Of a stretch of DNA of 64,000 bases, positions 25,661 through 35,461 are shown in pieces. Every line of letters begins with the position of its first letter. Within the stretch, counting starts at the first letter, position 1. A program made the translations under genes and the position numbers. Under the pieces are notes generated by a model. The model saw nothing but the letters and a program-made list of their open reading frames with translations. It had not been told where the DNA came from and ran no database searches. This DNA comes from a virus: positions 1-64,000 of the IMG/VR virus record IMGVR_UViG_3300013308_000002; one strand, 5' to 3'.

Positions 25661-26095
25661 ATGAGCGTTTACATTCTTTCAACTATGACGGCTGGCGTCA
25701 ACTATTCATTCTATAAGAACATTGGTGACTTGCCGGTCTTGCAGCACAAAATTCTCGTGCAGGGTGGCGCCGGTTTGGCTTCGCTCCGTAGTGGTTTCGG
25801 CGAACAAGGCGAAACTGCAGACGGCCGTCCTTTGTGGACCGCCGATGGCGTTATCACGCCAATCTCCGATGAGAACTGGGAGTTGCTTAAGGCGCACCCG
25901 GTCTTCATCAAACACCAACAAAAAGGTTTGGTGAAAGAACTCAACAAAGACCTTCGCGGCAACCACCGAGAAGTTCAGAAGCACGCAGCCGGTATGGAAG
26001 TTGACGGGTTCCGTCCGTTGACCAAAGACACCATCGCGAAGAACCTGAAAGTAACCACCGCCTCGGTTCGTTCTGAAGACGAATTCCGCGTGTAA
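25661..26095 (+). CDS. structural protein (head-tail joining region)
   Basis: Gene order. Confidence 0.5.
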   Translation: MSVYILSTMTAGVNYSFYKNIGDLPVLQHKILVQGGAGLASLRSGFGEQGETADGRPLWTADGVITPISDENWELLKAHPVFIKHQQKGLVKELNKDLRGNHREVQKHAAGMEVDGFRPLTKDTIAKNLKVTTASVRSEDEFRV

Positions 26096-26106
26096 GGAGC
26101 AACACC

Positions 26107-26568
26107 ATGGCCGTGTTCGATGCAACTCTATTTCGGGCCCAATTCCCCGCGTTCAAAGATGCAACGAAATATCCGGACGCCCAAATTGAGATGTATTGGG
26201 ACATGGCCTCACTATTTATTGCTGCTGATGAATGTCCATACCGGACTCTCAGCGGCAAGCATCTTGCGACCGCACTGAACATGTTGACTGCGCACCTTAT
26301 GTTCTTGGCAGGTCAGACGGCAGGGCCATCCGGCGGTAGCTCAGGTGGCGCCGCGTCAGGAGGGTTCACGACCTCGGCGACCGTAGGCGAAGTTTCCGTG
26401 GCTAAGCTGGCCCCTCCTGCCACAGACGGTTGGCAGTGGTGGTTGGCTGGGTCGACCTATGGCCAGATGCTCTGGGCCCTTCTAGACATGTTGTCCGTGG
26501 GCGGTATATCCATTGGCGGACTCCCAGAGCGTGACGCCTTCCGCAAAAATGCCGGGGTGTTCTGGTGA
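26107..26568 (+). CDS. structural protein (connector/adaptor candidate)
   Basis: Gene order. Confidence 0.5.
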   Translation: MAVFDATLFRAQFPAFKDATKYPDAQIEMYWDMASLFIAADECPYRTLSGKHLATALNMLTAHLMFLAGQTAGPSGGSSGGAASGGFTTSATVGEVSVAKLAPPATDGWQWWLAGSTYGQMLWALLDMLSVGGISIGGLPERDAFRKNAGVFW

Positions 26569-26960
26569 GCGTTCCTGGCATAAACCTGCTATCCATCGCG
26601 TTCGAACTTATCGGAACGCAGAACATCAAGTACAGAAAGGCGATGGGACGCACCCAGAACTCTCAGTTTCAATGGATTCCTAATTTTAGCGAGTTCTTTG
26701 ATCTTGAAGTTTCCGTACAGCGAGTGCCGCGCCGTCAATACGTCCAGTACAACCTTGAGTTCCAACGCCAATACGTATCGGTGTTCGCATCGTACGATAT
26801 GATCGATTTGGAGCGTGATACGTCTGGCGATCAGTTCATTTATAATGGCCGCCTGTATAACTTGGAGTCGCAAGGAACCTGGTTCGCCCAAGATGGCTGG
26901 GCCGTCTGCATGGCAGTAGACATTGGACCGGCGCCGCCAGTCCCTCCAGTTACGCCTTGA
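26565..26960 (+). CDS. structural protein
   Basis: Overlapping start and stop with the preceding gene. Confidence 0.5.
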   Translation: MSVPGINLLSIAFELIGTQNIKYRKAMGRTQNSQFQWIPNFSEFFDLEVSVQRVPRRQYVQYNLEFQRQYVSVFASYDMIDLERDTSGDQFIYNGRLYNLESQGTWFAQDGWAVCMAVDIGPAPPVPPVTP

Positions 26961-26968
26961 GGTGCTAG

Positions 26969-27511
26969 ATGCTTGATTCAGAACTTATCATTATCATGGG
27001 CGATACAATCAAAAGCGCCATAGATTCGTCAGGGTTTGGTTCCGTCAACCTAGTCCAAAAGGCTCAGCCAACTCAAGAAGGCGTGCCGACTGGACCGACT
27101 GTCTTTTTCGAGAAACTCTTCCACCTTGGCTATGGCTGGCCGATGACTAAGTACGTTCAAGATCCAGCAACTTTGAGCTTCACCGAAGTCGTCACCCAGC
27201 TAACAGAAACGACTATTCAAATCAGCTCGTTGTCGCGGCAAGATCCAACCTCTTCCAGCGTAATTACCGCCTCGGATTTGGTAAACCACATCAACTTGTT
27301 CTTCGCCATGCCGTCCCAAATTGCCAAGTTACTATCTCAAGGCATTAGTATTCTGAAAGTGAAAGAAGTTCGCAATCCATACTTCGAAAATGATTCCCAC
27401 ATATTTGAAGCGCACCCAAGTTTCGATTTAGTATTTACTCACAACGCAACTATCTCCGTCGGAATTCCCGGCATCATCAACGCCATCCCAGACATTCACG
27501 TGGTCGCCTAA
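26969..27511 (+). CDS. structural protein
   Basis: Gene order. Confidence 0.5.
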   Translation: MLDSELIIIMGDTIKSAIDSSGFGSVNLVQKAQPTQEGVPTGPTVFFEKLFHLGYGWPMTKYVQDPATLSFTEVVTQLTETTIQISSLSRQDPTSSSVITASDLVNHINLFFAMPSQIAKLLSQGISILKVKEVRNPYFENDSHIFEAHPSFDLVFTHNATISVGIPGIINAIPDIHVVA

Positions 27512-28083
27512 TGATTTCTGGCTCTGCTATGATCAACCGGCATATCGAAGCACTCAAAGCCCTGAAGGGGAAGAGTGTCGAGGCCGGTTGGTTTGAGTCG
27601 GCGCAGTATCCATCCGAAGAGGGCAAGCCAGCGAGGTCAGTCGCGGCCAATGCCCGGTTCCAAGAATTTGGCGGGACTATCGACCATCCAGGCGGAACAA
27701 AGTATATTACCGATGCAGCGACATCCGAACGAATGTTGGGAACTCGCTTCGTCAAGAACAGCTTTCAGGGCGAGCACAAAGTAACTCAAGCGCACCAGAT
27801 AGTGGTTCCTGCTAGACCGTTCATGCGACTTGCTTGGTCGACGTTTAATGCAAATCGTGGCCCTATTCAAAAGAGGATTGCCGCTGCTTTAATTAGCGGA
27901 AAGATTACTCCTGATCAAGCTCTAGGGCAAATCGGATTAGAGCTTGAGGCTTGCATTGTAAAGAGCATAAGAAATGGTAATTGGGCGCCCAACGCCAGAT
28001 CAACTGTTTCGGCAAAGGGATTTGACAAACCGCTTATTGAAACGTCATTCATGTGGCAGTCGGTAAGCAGCAAAGTTTTCTAA
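27511..28083 (+). CDS. structural protein (head completion / tail terminator candidate)
   Basis: Gene order. Confidence 0.5.
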   Translation: MISGSAMINRHIEALKALKGKSVEAGWFESAQYPSEEGKPARSVAANARFQEFGGTIDHPGGTKYITDAATSERMLGTRFVKNSFQGEHKVTQAHQIVVPARPFMRLAWSTFNANRGPIQKRIAAALISGKITPDQALGQIGLELEACIVKSIRNGNWAPNARSTVSAKGFDKPLIETSFMWQSVSSKVF

Positions 28084-28098
28084 CTAGGAGTCACAAAC

Positions 28099-29610
28099 GT
28101 GATTAGTCAAAATCGTTATATCAGGATTGTGTCTGGCGTTGGCGCGGGGACTAGTGTCGCAGAACGCAAGCTCATCTTGCGCTTGATTACCAAGAACGCA
28201 GTCCTTCCGCCTGGCATCGTCGTCGAGTTCTCCAGTGCGGATGCAGTCGGCGCCTACTTCGGATTCCAATCGGAAGAGTACAAGCGGGCTGCCGCTTACT
28301 TCAAGTTCATCAGCAAAAACATCACCTCGCCTCGTACTTTGAGCATCGCTCGTTGGGTTGATGTTGCAATCGCGCCGATGATCGTTGGCGATGCATTTGC
28401 CAAAGTCCTTTCGAGCTTCGCAGGCGTCAGCACCGGCACCATGACCGTTAACGTCGGCGCCGTCGTAGTGCCTGTTACCGCCGTTAACCTTAGCGCGGCC
28501 GTTGACCTTACTGACGTCGCGTCCAAGATCCAAACGGCACTCCGCGCCACCGCGAACGCCCAGCTGGCGACTTGCACCGTTACGTTCAACACCAACACCA
28601 ATCAGTTCGTCCTGACCGGCTCGACCACCGGTTCAGGCTCGTTGTCGGTAACGGCCACTGAGCTCGCAACCGACATGTCCCAGATCCTGGGCTGGGCGAC
28701 TGGCGGCACCACTCTGGTAGCCGGTCAAGCGGCTGATACCCCGGCCGTTGCCGTCGCCAAGACCGCAGGCATCAGCAACAACTTCGGTTCGTTCGTCCAC
28801 ATGGCTTCGTTGACCAACGACCAAATCAAGGAAGTTGCCGAGTGGAACGCAACTCAAAACAACACGTACTTGTATAGTGTTCCGACCGTACTTACCAACC
28901 TGGCAACTTTGTTCGGGTTGATCAAAGGGTTTTCCGGCGTCGGCATCACCGTTCTTTCGTCAACCGCGCCGAACGACTACGCCGAGCAATCGCCGTGCGA
29001 AATCCTGGCCGCGACGAACTTCAATGATTTCAACTCCGTCAACAACTACATGTTCTACCAGTTCGCTGGCCGCAACATCGTAGTCAGCGACGATCCGACC
29101 GCCAACACCGCAGACAAGAGCCGAGGCAACTACATCGGCGTCACGCAGATGTCCGGTCAACAACTCGCGTTCTATCAGCGCGGCATTCTCTGCGGCGGTC
29201 CTCAAGACGCAACTGACATGAATACTTACGCCAACGAAATGTGGCTGAAGTCGGCGCTGTCCGGTCGCATCATGTCGTTGTTCCTGGCAGTAGGCTCCGT
29301 GCCGGCAAACCCATCCGGCGCGTCGTCCATCTTGGCGGTGATTCAGCCGATCCTGTCCTTGGCAGGCGATAACGGGACGTTCTCTGCCGGCAAGGTGATT
29401 GATGAGGTACAACAACAGTACATCACCCAAGTCACCAATGACAAGAACGCTTGGCGCCAAGTGCAAACCATCGGCTACTGGTTGGATATTACTTTCTCCA
29501 GCTACGTCAATGAAAATACCCTCCTGACAGAGTGGCAGGCAACTTACAAGTTGATCTATTCCAAGGGCGATTCGATCCGCTTCGTCAGCGGCTCTAACAT
29601 CATGATCTAA
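28099..29610 (+). CDS. tail sheath protein (candidate)
   Basis: 503 aa. Immediately upstream of the tube-like genes. Confidence 0.55.
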   Translation: MISQNRYIRIVSGVGAGTSVAERKLILRLITKNAVLPPGIVVEFSSADAVGAYFGFQSEEYKRAAAYFKFISKNITSPRTLSIARWVDVAIAPMIVGDAFAKVLSSFAGVSTGTMTVNVGAVVVPVTAVNLSAAVDLTDVASKIQTALRATANAQLATCTVTFNTNTNQFVLTGSTTGSGSLSVTATELATDMSQILGWATGGTTLVAGQAADTPAVAVAKTAGISNNFGSFVHMASLTNDQIKEVAEWNATQNNTYLYSVPTVLTNLATLFGLIKGFSGVGITVLSSTAPNDYAEQSPCEILAATNFNDFNSVNNYMFYQFAGRNIVVSDDPTANTADKSRGNYIGVTQMSGQQLAFYQRGILCGGPQDATDMNTYANEMWLKSALSGRIMSLFLAVGSVPANPSGASSILAVIQPILSLAGDNGTFSAGKVIDEVQQQYITQVTNDKNAWRQVQTIGYWLDITFSSYVNENTLLTEWQATYKLIYSKGDSIRFVSGSNIMI

Positions 29611-29616
29611 CCCGAT

Positions 29617-29661
29617 ACAAGCGCGATTGGCATTTGGCTTATCGCGCTTGTTCGGTTATAA
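29617..29661 (+). promoter_or_regulatory. hairpin (11-bp perfect arms ACAAGCGCGAT/ATCGCGCTTGT) with embedded TTGGCT-17-TATAAT promoter
   Basis: Located between the sheath and tube genes. Confidence 0.45.
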
Positions 29662-29685
29662 TCGGGACAATCAGGAGTACAAACC

Positions 29686-30144
29686 ATGACCATCATCGTT
29701 TCGGCGTTTGGCCTTAGCGCGCACATTATCGCAAGTAAGACCTTTCCGAACGGGTTCATTTTGACCGAGTTTGCTGATGACGCAGATCCGCTCGACAGCC
29801 CGGACTTCCAAGCAGCCGATACCGCCAGTGGCCTCAACGGCGACATGTTGGTTTGGTCCAAAGCAGGCGGCATTGAGATTGCGGTTAACGTAATCCCAAC
29901 CAGCCCTGGCGACGACAATTTGGATGCTCTTCTGGACGCCAACCGCAATGGCAAAAACAAGTCCAGCGCTCAGGACGCCATTGGCATCGTCTTCACCTAC
30001 CCAACCGGCCAGCGCGTTATCTGCGCCGATGGCGTGATCCTGTCCGGGCCTATGTTGCCGCAAGTGGCCGGCTCCGGTCGTCTGAAGACTCGCCTGTATC
30101 GCTTCAAATTCGAAAAAGTCACAAAGTCTAAAGTGACTGCGTAA
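29686..30144 (+). CDS. tail tube protein (candidate), paralog of 31143..31640
   Basis: Motifs FPNGFILTEFADDADP and VFTYPTGQRVICADGVILSGP are shared with the second copy. Confidence 0.55.
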   Translation: MTIIVSAFGLSAHIIASKTFPNGFILTEFADDADPLDSPDFQAADTASGLNGDMLVWSKAGGIEIAVNVIPTSPGDDNLDALLDANRNGKNKSSAQDAIGIVFTYPTGQRVICADGVILSGPMLPQVAGSGRLKTRLYRFKFEKVTKSKVTA

Positions 30145-30461
30145 TGGTTAAAATTCCGCTGACATCGACGCCTAATCAATCGCTATCATTCAACTTGGAT
30201 GGTGCCTATTGGAAGCTTCACATCTTCCAAGCGGTCAACCTCATGTATCTGGATATTTCCAGAAACGGCGAAAGTGTTATGATGGGCTCTCGGTGCCTCG
30301 GCGGAATTCCACTTATGCCTTATAAGTACATGCACTTGCCGAACTTCGGCAATTTTATTTTTGACTCTGATGCAGACTGGACTTTGTTCGGTGACTCCTG
30401 CAATCTTTATTATTTATCCGTTGACGAATACGCTGAGTATTCTGCTCTGTCGGGGTTGTAA
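30144..30461 (+). CDS. tail protein
   Basis: Gene order. Confidence 0.45.
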   Translation: MVKIPLTSTPNQSLSFNLDGAYWKLHIFQAVNLMYLDISRNGESVMMGSRCLGGIPLMPYKYMHLPNFGNFIFDSDADWTLFGDSCNLYYLSVDEYAEYSALSGL

Positions 30462-30462
30462 C

Positions 30463-30816
30463 ATGTCAACTACCAGCATAAAAACTGACGAGAACAACGA
30501 CATACTACTAGACCTGGGCGGCAACTTGATACTAGTTACCGACCTGGAAGCTTGTACTCAAGATGTACGTGCACAAACTCTAATGCGGACTGGCGAGGAC
30601 ATTTACAACGTCAAGTCAGGCGTTGGATACTTCGAATACATATTCACCCCGCAACAAAACCACGACGAAGCTAGGCGCTCATTGGTGAATGCAATTTTGT
30701 CTTCGCCGGACGTAACTAGCATCGACCGTTTGAACATTGACATTCAGGGCGACGTATTCAACTACGAAGCTCGGATACTTACCCTTCACGGACCTATGAC
30801 GGTGAAATCAAAATGA
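30463..30816 (+). CDS. tail protein
   Basis: Internal ATG directly after the upstream stop. Confidence 0.45.
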   Translation: MSTTSIKTDENNDILLDLGGNLILVTDLEACTQDVRAQTLMRTGEDIYNVKSGVGYFEYIFTPQQNHDEARRSLVNAILSSPDVTSIDRLNIDIQGDVFNYEARILTLHGPMTVKSK

Positions 30817-31133
30817 ACGGCACTATCCTGATTCAAAGCGCATTTGGCGTACTCTCATCCTCGGTGGACCCTGCCAAGATTTACAGCGAGCCGCTGCCAT
30901 CCTTCAACCCTCTGCCTGAAGAATTCCCGTCCAACCCTCTGGGCGACTCCGACCTCCGCGACCACTTCGCTGGCGCGCCGGACCACGCTGACGGCAAGAT
31001 CGACATTCCGAACATCGACGCGCCAACTGGCACGGGCGACGCCCCTGGCTCCGACGTAGCGTCTGACGCTGCAGTGTCCGCTGAGGCAGAAGCGCCAGTC
31101 GCGGCTAAAACCACCGCAAAATCCGCCAAGTAA
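30813..31133 (+). CDS. tail protein (Ala/Pro/Asp-rich C-terminus)
   Basis: Gene order. Confidence 0.45.
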   Translation: MNGTILIQSAFGVLSSSVDPAKIYSEPLPSFNPLPEEFPSNPLGDSDLRDHFAGAPDHADGKIDIPNIDAPTGTGDAPGSDVASDAAVSAEAEAPVAAKTTAKSAK

Positions 31134-31142
31134 GGGCCCACA

Positions 31143-31640
31143 ATGATCGACGTCAGCGGATTTGGGACAGGCATTGTAGTCCTTTCGCTTCAATCGTTTC
31201 CGTTTGGCTTCCAGCTGAAGCAATTCGCTGACGACGTCGATCCAATCTCTGCCAAAGAGGTTGACGCAATTGGCTTTGAAATGCTTTACGATGGCGACCT
31301 ATTCGCATTCGACAAAGCAGCCCCTATCGAAGTCTCTGTAGGCGTTATTGCAGGATCTGAGGATGATATCAACCTTAAGATCCTGCTGCAGAGCAAGAAG
31401 GGCAGCGCATCCATCCTGCCGCTGCCAGACATCACCTCCATGGTGATAACGTATCCTGACGGAGGTAGGGTGATCCTATCCAAAGGGACCATCCTGCGTG
31501 GCCCCCTTGTCGATACGGTCCTCGCCACCGGCCGAAAGAAAGGCAACACATACACATTCGTTTTCGCGGCCTTCACCGGCGCGCAATCCGCCAAGCAGTT
31601 CGTCGGCGGCCTATTCCAGAGCGCTGCGGAGCTCATATAA
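31143..31640 (+). CDS. tail tube-like protein, paralog of 29686..30144
   Basis: Motifs FPFGFQLKQFADDVDP and VITYPDGGRVILSKGTILRGP. Confidence 0.55.
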   Translation: MIDVSGFGTGIVVLSLQSFPFGFQLKQFADDVDPISAKEVDAIGFEMLYDGDLFAFDKAAPIEVSVGVIAGSEDDINLKILLQSKKGSASILPLPDITSMVITYPDGGRVILSKGTILRGPLVDTVLATGRKKGNTYTFVFAAFTGAQSAKQFVGGLFQSAAELI

Positions 31641-32176
31641 TGGCAGGCAATATTATATCTGCCATGCTGGCGAAAGCCGCATTCAGAATTCGTAATCAAG
31701 CACTCGGTCTGGACTCGGCAACGACCTTGAAGATAACCAGGTGCGTCATAAGGCTCAGCGCAGAACCGCAACGCCACATGCTGGAGGACGGATCGACTTA
31801 TATAGATACTCGAATCATCAAGCCAATACGAATCCACGTTGATGCAATCGCTCCTGATGTAGACTCTTTGATTCAGATCAATGCGGTGGCGAATGACCGG
31901 AAATCTCTTTTCCAGATATCGTCTCGCGGCCTGGTAATCCCGGACATGATGATCGATGCAGAGTTGATGAATCAAAACGGAGAGAACATTTCATCAACCG
32001 TCATGAAGCTATCGTTCAAACAGATCATCATCGAGAAAGGCAGCCAAATATTCCTGGCTCATTCGGCCGATGCAAGTCTGCTGGAGCGTGGCCAAACATT
32101 AATGAGTGATACTGCCGATACCGTTTCTGGCCTTTACGACAAGGCCTCAAGTGCCATTGACAAGGTTATACAATAA
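31640..32176 (+). CDS. tail assembly protein (candidate)
   Basis: Gene order. Confidence 0.45.
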   Translation: MAGNIISAMLAKAAFRIRNQALGLDSATTLKITRCVIRLSAEPQRHMLEDGSTYIDTRIIKPIRIHVDAIAPDVDSLIQINAVANDRKSLFQISSRGLVIPDMMIDAELMNQNGENISSTVMKLSFKQIIIEKGSQIFLAHSADASLLERGQTLMSDTADTVSGLYDKASSAIDKVIQ

Positions 32177-32796
32177 TGGCTAGCTCAATTCTCGGCGCAA
32201 TCTTTGGTACCAATCCGTTCACCATAACGAACGATGATGACTTTCTTCCTGTGAACTACGCCAAGGAACTTCAAATCATCGGCGTTGAGTTCCTAGTTAG
32301 CTCTGCCGTGACGGATCACCCAATCTCTATTGGGGCCAACTTGCAAGCTCCTGACACCAACTTCGTAAACTTGTTTGATATCGACATCGAGAATGGAAAG
32401 ATAATCCAGCCGACCAAGATTCGAATTAAGTGCATGTGCAGCGACCTGACGGCCGTCGAAAGATGGATGCTTTATTTCATAGACACAAGGTTGACTTTCA
32501 CCATAACATCTAAGTCCATCATAGCCGATAACATGATTATGACGGATCTGACTATCACCCAAAGTACAAATTCAATTTCCGCCTCAGAACTATTGTTTGA
32601 ATGGGAGCAGGCCGGTCTGAAGAAAATCGACAAGTTCGAACCTACAGACGCAACCAACGAATCGACGTATGGCGTCAGAATTCAAAAGCCAGAAAGTACC
32701 ATAGGCGACAGCCTTAGCTTTATCGGCGACGAGTTGACTTCAGCAGCCAAATCCCTTTACAATAAAGTCCAAGGTATCATTTCGAGCATCCTATGA
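32176..32796 (+). CDS. tail assembly protein (candidate)
   Basis: Gene order. Confidence 0.45.
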   Translation: MASSILGAIFGTNPFTITNDDDFLPVNYAKELQIIGVEFLVSSAVTDHPISIGANLQAPDTNFVNLFDIDIENGKIIQPTKIRIKCMCSDLTAVERWMLYFIDTRLTFTITSKSIIADNMIMTDLTITQSTNSISASELLFEWEQAGLKKIDKFEPTDATNESTYGVRIQKPESTIGDSLSFIGDELTSAAKSLYNKVQGIISSIL

Positions 32797-33215
32797 TTGA
32801 AATAGTAAGCACTTCCGGCCAACTAAAGTACGTTGTCGTGAGACACTTCGGGGCTCTTGAGGGCTGGGAGATTCAACGCCGGTTCATTGAGTTCGCGGCA
32901 AGTCGCGACGCCAAGTTTCGCCGCGACTTTACGATGGAGATTCTGTCGTATGCTACGGTGGTGTTTGCTGACCGTGAACTTCCACTTTCTACTGATGCGT
33001 TGATTGACAACCACCTTGAAAGTTGGGAGAATATTCAACGCGTGTTTGAAGGGGTTCTCACCCACAACGGCATTGATCCGAAAACGCACGCCGACAATCC
33101 TCAGTTCTGGTCTAATGCAGGGGCAGAAATGGCAATTTCGTTTATTGCTGAATGCACCAAGTTGATGGGTCCTGCTTTCGAAGTTGTTGCCAAGTCCGGC
33201 GCCGCGCCTGAATAA
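32793..33215 (+). CDS. tail assembly chaperone (candidate)
   Basis: Directly upstream of the tape-measure gene. Confidence 0.45.
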   Translation: MIEIVSTSGQLKYVVVRHFGALEGWEIQRRFIEFAASRDAKFRRDFTMEILSYATVVFADRELPLSTDALIDNHLESWENIQRVFEGVLTHNGIDPKTHADNPQFWSNAGAEMAISFIAECTKLMGPAFEVVAKSGAAPE

Positions 33216-33229
33216 GAGCATTTAATCTC

Positions 33230-35461
33230 ATGTCGGAAATGGACAAATTCGTTCTACAGTATACCGTAGAAATGAAAGACGCAATCACCAGGTTGGAGCA
33301 ACTAAACCAACGGGTTGACATCGTCACCAAGCAAACCAGCAAAGCCGGCAAAGAGTTTACCGAGTTCTCAAAAGGCGCGACCGACGAAATAGGAAAGTTG
33401 ATTCCTGGAGTCGATAAAGTCTCTGGCGCGGTCCGGCTAATGTCCGCAGAGTTCGCATTGGCAGGCGCGGCCGTTGCCGTGCTCGCTATCGGCGTCAAAT
33501 CCGTCGTCGACCTCCGCGAGCAATACGGCACACAGCGCGTAGCCGGTATGTCAACAGGCGTCTCTGCCACTCGCATGGAAGAGTACCAACGGAAGTTCGC
33601 CAAGCACTCCAACGGCAACGTCGACCGGGCCCAAGCCTCGACTGAGATCCAGAAGCTATCCGAGAAGCTCCAGGCCGCGTATGCCGACCCAACGCGTATG
33701 GGAACGGAGGCGCGCACCTTCCGCCTGCTAGGCGTTAACGTAGGCGAGCGAGGCAAGGACAAGACGCCTTTCAACGAGTCTCTGACGACGCTGGCCGATA
33801 AGTTCAGCAAGATGAAGCCGGAGCAAGTACAGGGCATCGCAAAAGCAATCGGTATGAACGAGGACTTTGCGCTAACCCTGCAGCGCCTAGGCCCTTCGGT
33901 CGGCAAGATCACAGAGTTGACCGTTGACGAAATCAACAAGCGCCAAACCGCCGAAGAGTCATTGAAGAAATTCAACACAGAAATGAATAACTTCAACACC
34001 AAGATGAACGAGTTGGAAGTGACTTTGGGTCAGAGATTGATCCCAGGATTTACCGCACTAATCGACATCATCAACAAAACTATTCACGCATTACCAACCG
34101 TCAAGGGCAAAGTTCAATCGGCAGGCCTTAAGCACGGCGTGGACATCGAAGGAAGTTTGGACAAGTTTTCAAAATCAAAGATCGGAGAGGCATTGCTGCG
34201 GACTAGTTTCGGAGGAAATGTTTTTCAAGGAAGTAACAAGCTTGGCAACTGGCTTGGCAAGAAGTTCTACGGAGAGGCCCCAAAGAGCAAACCGGTCAAG
34301 CGCACCCCGCAGCAAGTCGCGGCCGTCACCAAAGCAACTGAAGACGCCAAGTCAGCGCCGGCAACCAAGGTGCTTTCCAAGTCCATTGATGCCATGGTCG
34401 ATACGCTTGACCAGACCAACCGGGACGCAACCAATAATGCCGCGAATATGCAACAAGCAATCAACATGTTCGCTGGCGCCGTGTCTACGTTCTCTAATGC
34501 GATTGACGAGAAGCAAGCCTGGGCGGCTTGGGCCGGCGAGGTTGGTCGCGCTGGCGGGCTGGCCCTACCTGGTGAGTCAGGAGGCTTACTGCCACAGGCC
34601 AATGTCCCAGGGCTGCCCGGAACCAACAAGGCGCTTGGCTACAACCCAGAAACTCAATATGACAAGTTTTACGAGCGAGAATCCAAACGGTCCAATGTCC
34701 CTGTAGATCTTCTGAAGGCCGTTACTCGTGAAGAAAGCCAATTCAACCCGAATGCCGTAAGCGGAGTTGGCGCACAAGGGCTTATGCAGGTAATGCCGGC
34801 CAACAAGAAGGGGACCGGGACGACCGACCTTTTTGACCCAGAGCAGAACATCAAGGCAGGCGCTCAGATCCTTGGCGAGAACCTTAAGCGGGCCGGCGGC
34901 GACGTCAGGACCGCTTTGCTGATGTACCACGGCGGCCTTGACCGAACTAACTGGGGGCCGAAAACTCTTTCATACCCAAACAAAGTTCTGGGCGAGAATA
35001 CTCAAGGCAAGGGCGAAACTCGCAACAAGATACAACTAGCGACAGTCCAGCAAAACGTCGCGTCGCGCCTCGGAGTTCCCATTAAGCAACTTCAACAGGG
35101 TGGCGTTAGCAAAGGCGATGTTGAATGGACCACTTCGCAACTTAAGGCTGGTGTTGAAAACCAAATCTTCAACATCAACAAAGAGCTGATGACCGTTGGA
35201 TTGCCGCAACAAACTCGCTCCAAGCTACTTACCGATTTGCGCGAGCAACAAAGCGGTCTGAACATGCTGAATAAATACTCTCCAGAGGTGGACGCCAAGT
35301 CCATGGCAGGAGGCCGTAGCATCACCATCGGCGAACGCGCAATCGTCATCAACGTCGCGGCAGCTAAAGATCCAAGTACGACGGCGCAGATTATCGAAGG
35401 CCACCTGCAGAACAACTTGGGTGATATCGTCAATGGCGCGGTTGATGGAGTTAAATACTGA
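33230..35461 (+). CDS. tape-measure protein with lytic transglycosylase (SLT) domain
   Basis: 743 aa with coiled-coil repeats; SLT motif ESQFNPNAVSGVGAQGLMQVMP. Confidence 0.85.
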   Translation: MSEMDKFVLQYTVEMKDAITRLEQLNQRVDIVTKQTSKAGKEFTEFSKGATDEIGKLIPGVDKVSGAVRLMSAEFALAGAAVAVLAIGVKSVVDLREQYGTQRVAGMSTGVSATRMEEYQRKFAKHSNGNVDRAQASTEIQKLSEKLQAAYADPTRMGTEARTFRLLGVNVGERGKDKTPFNESLTTLADKFSKMKPEQVQGIAKAIGMNEDFALTLQRLGPSVGKITELTVDEINKRQTAEESLKKFNTEMNNFNTKMNELEVTLGQRLIPGFTALIDIINKTIHALPTVKGKVQSAGLKHGVDIEGSLDKFSKSKIGEALLRTSFGGNVFQGSNKLGNWLGKKFYGEAPKSKPVKRTPQQVAAVTKATEDAKSAPATKVLSKSIDAMVDTLDQTNRDATNNAANMQQAINMFAGAVSTFSNAIDEKQAWAAWAGEVGRAGGLALPGESGGLLPQANVPGLPGTNKALGYNPETQYDKFYERESKRSNVPVDLLKAVTREESQFNPNAVSGVGAQGLMQVMPANKKGTGTTDLFDPEQNIKAGAQILGENLKRAGGDVRTALLMYHGGLDRTNWGPKTLSYPNKVLGENTQGKGETRNKIQLATVQQNVASRLGVPIKQLQQGGVSKGDVEWTTSQLKAGVENQIFNINKELMTVGLPQQTRSKLLTDLREQQSGLNMLNKYSPEVDAKSMAGGRSITIGERAIVINVAAAKDPSTTAQIIEGHLQNNLGDIVNGAVDGVKY

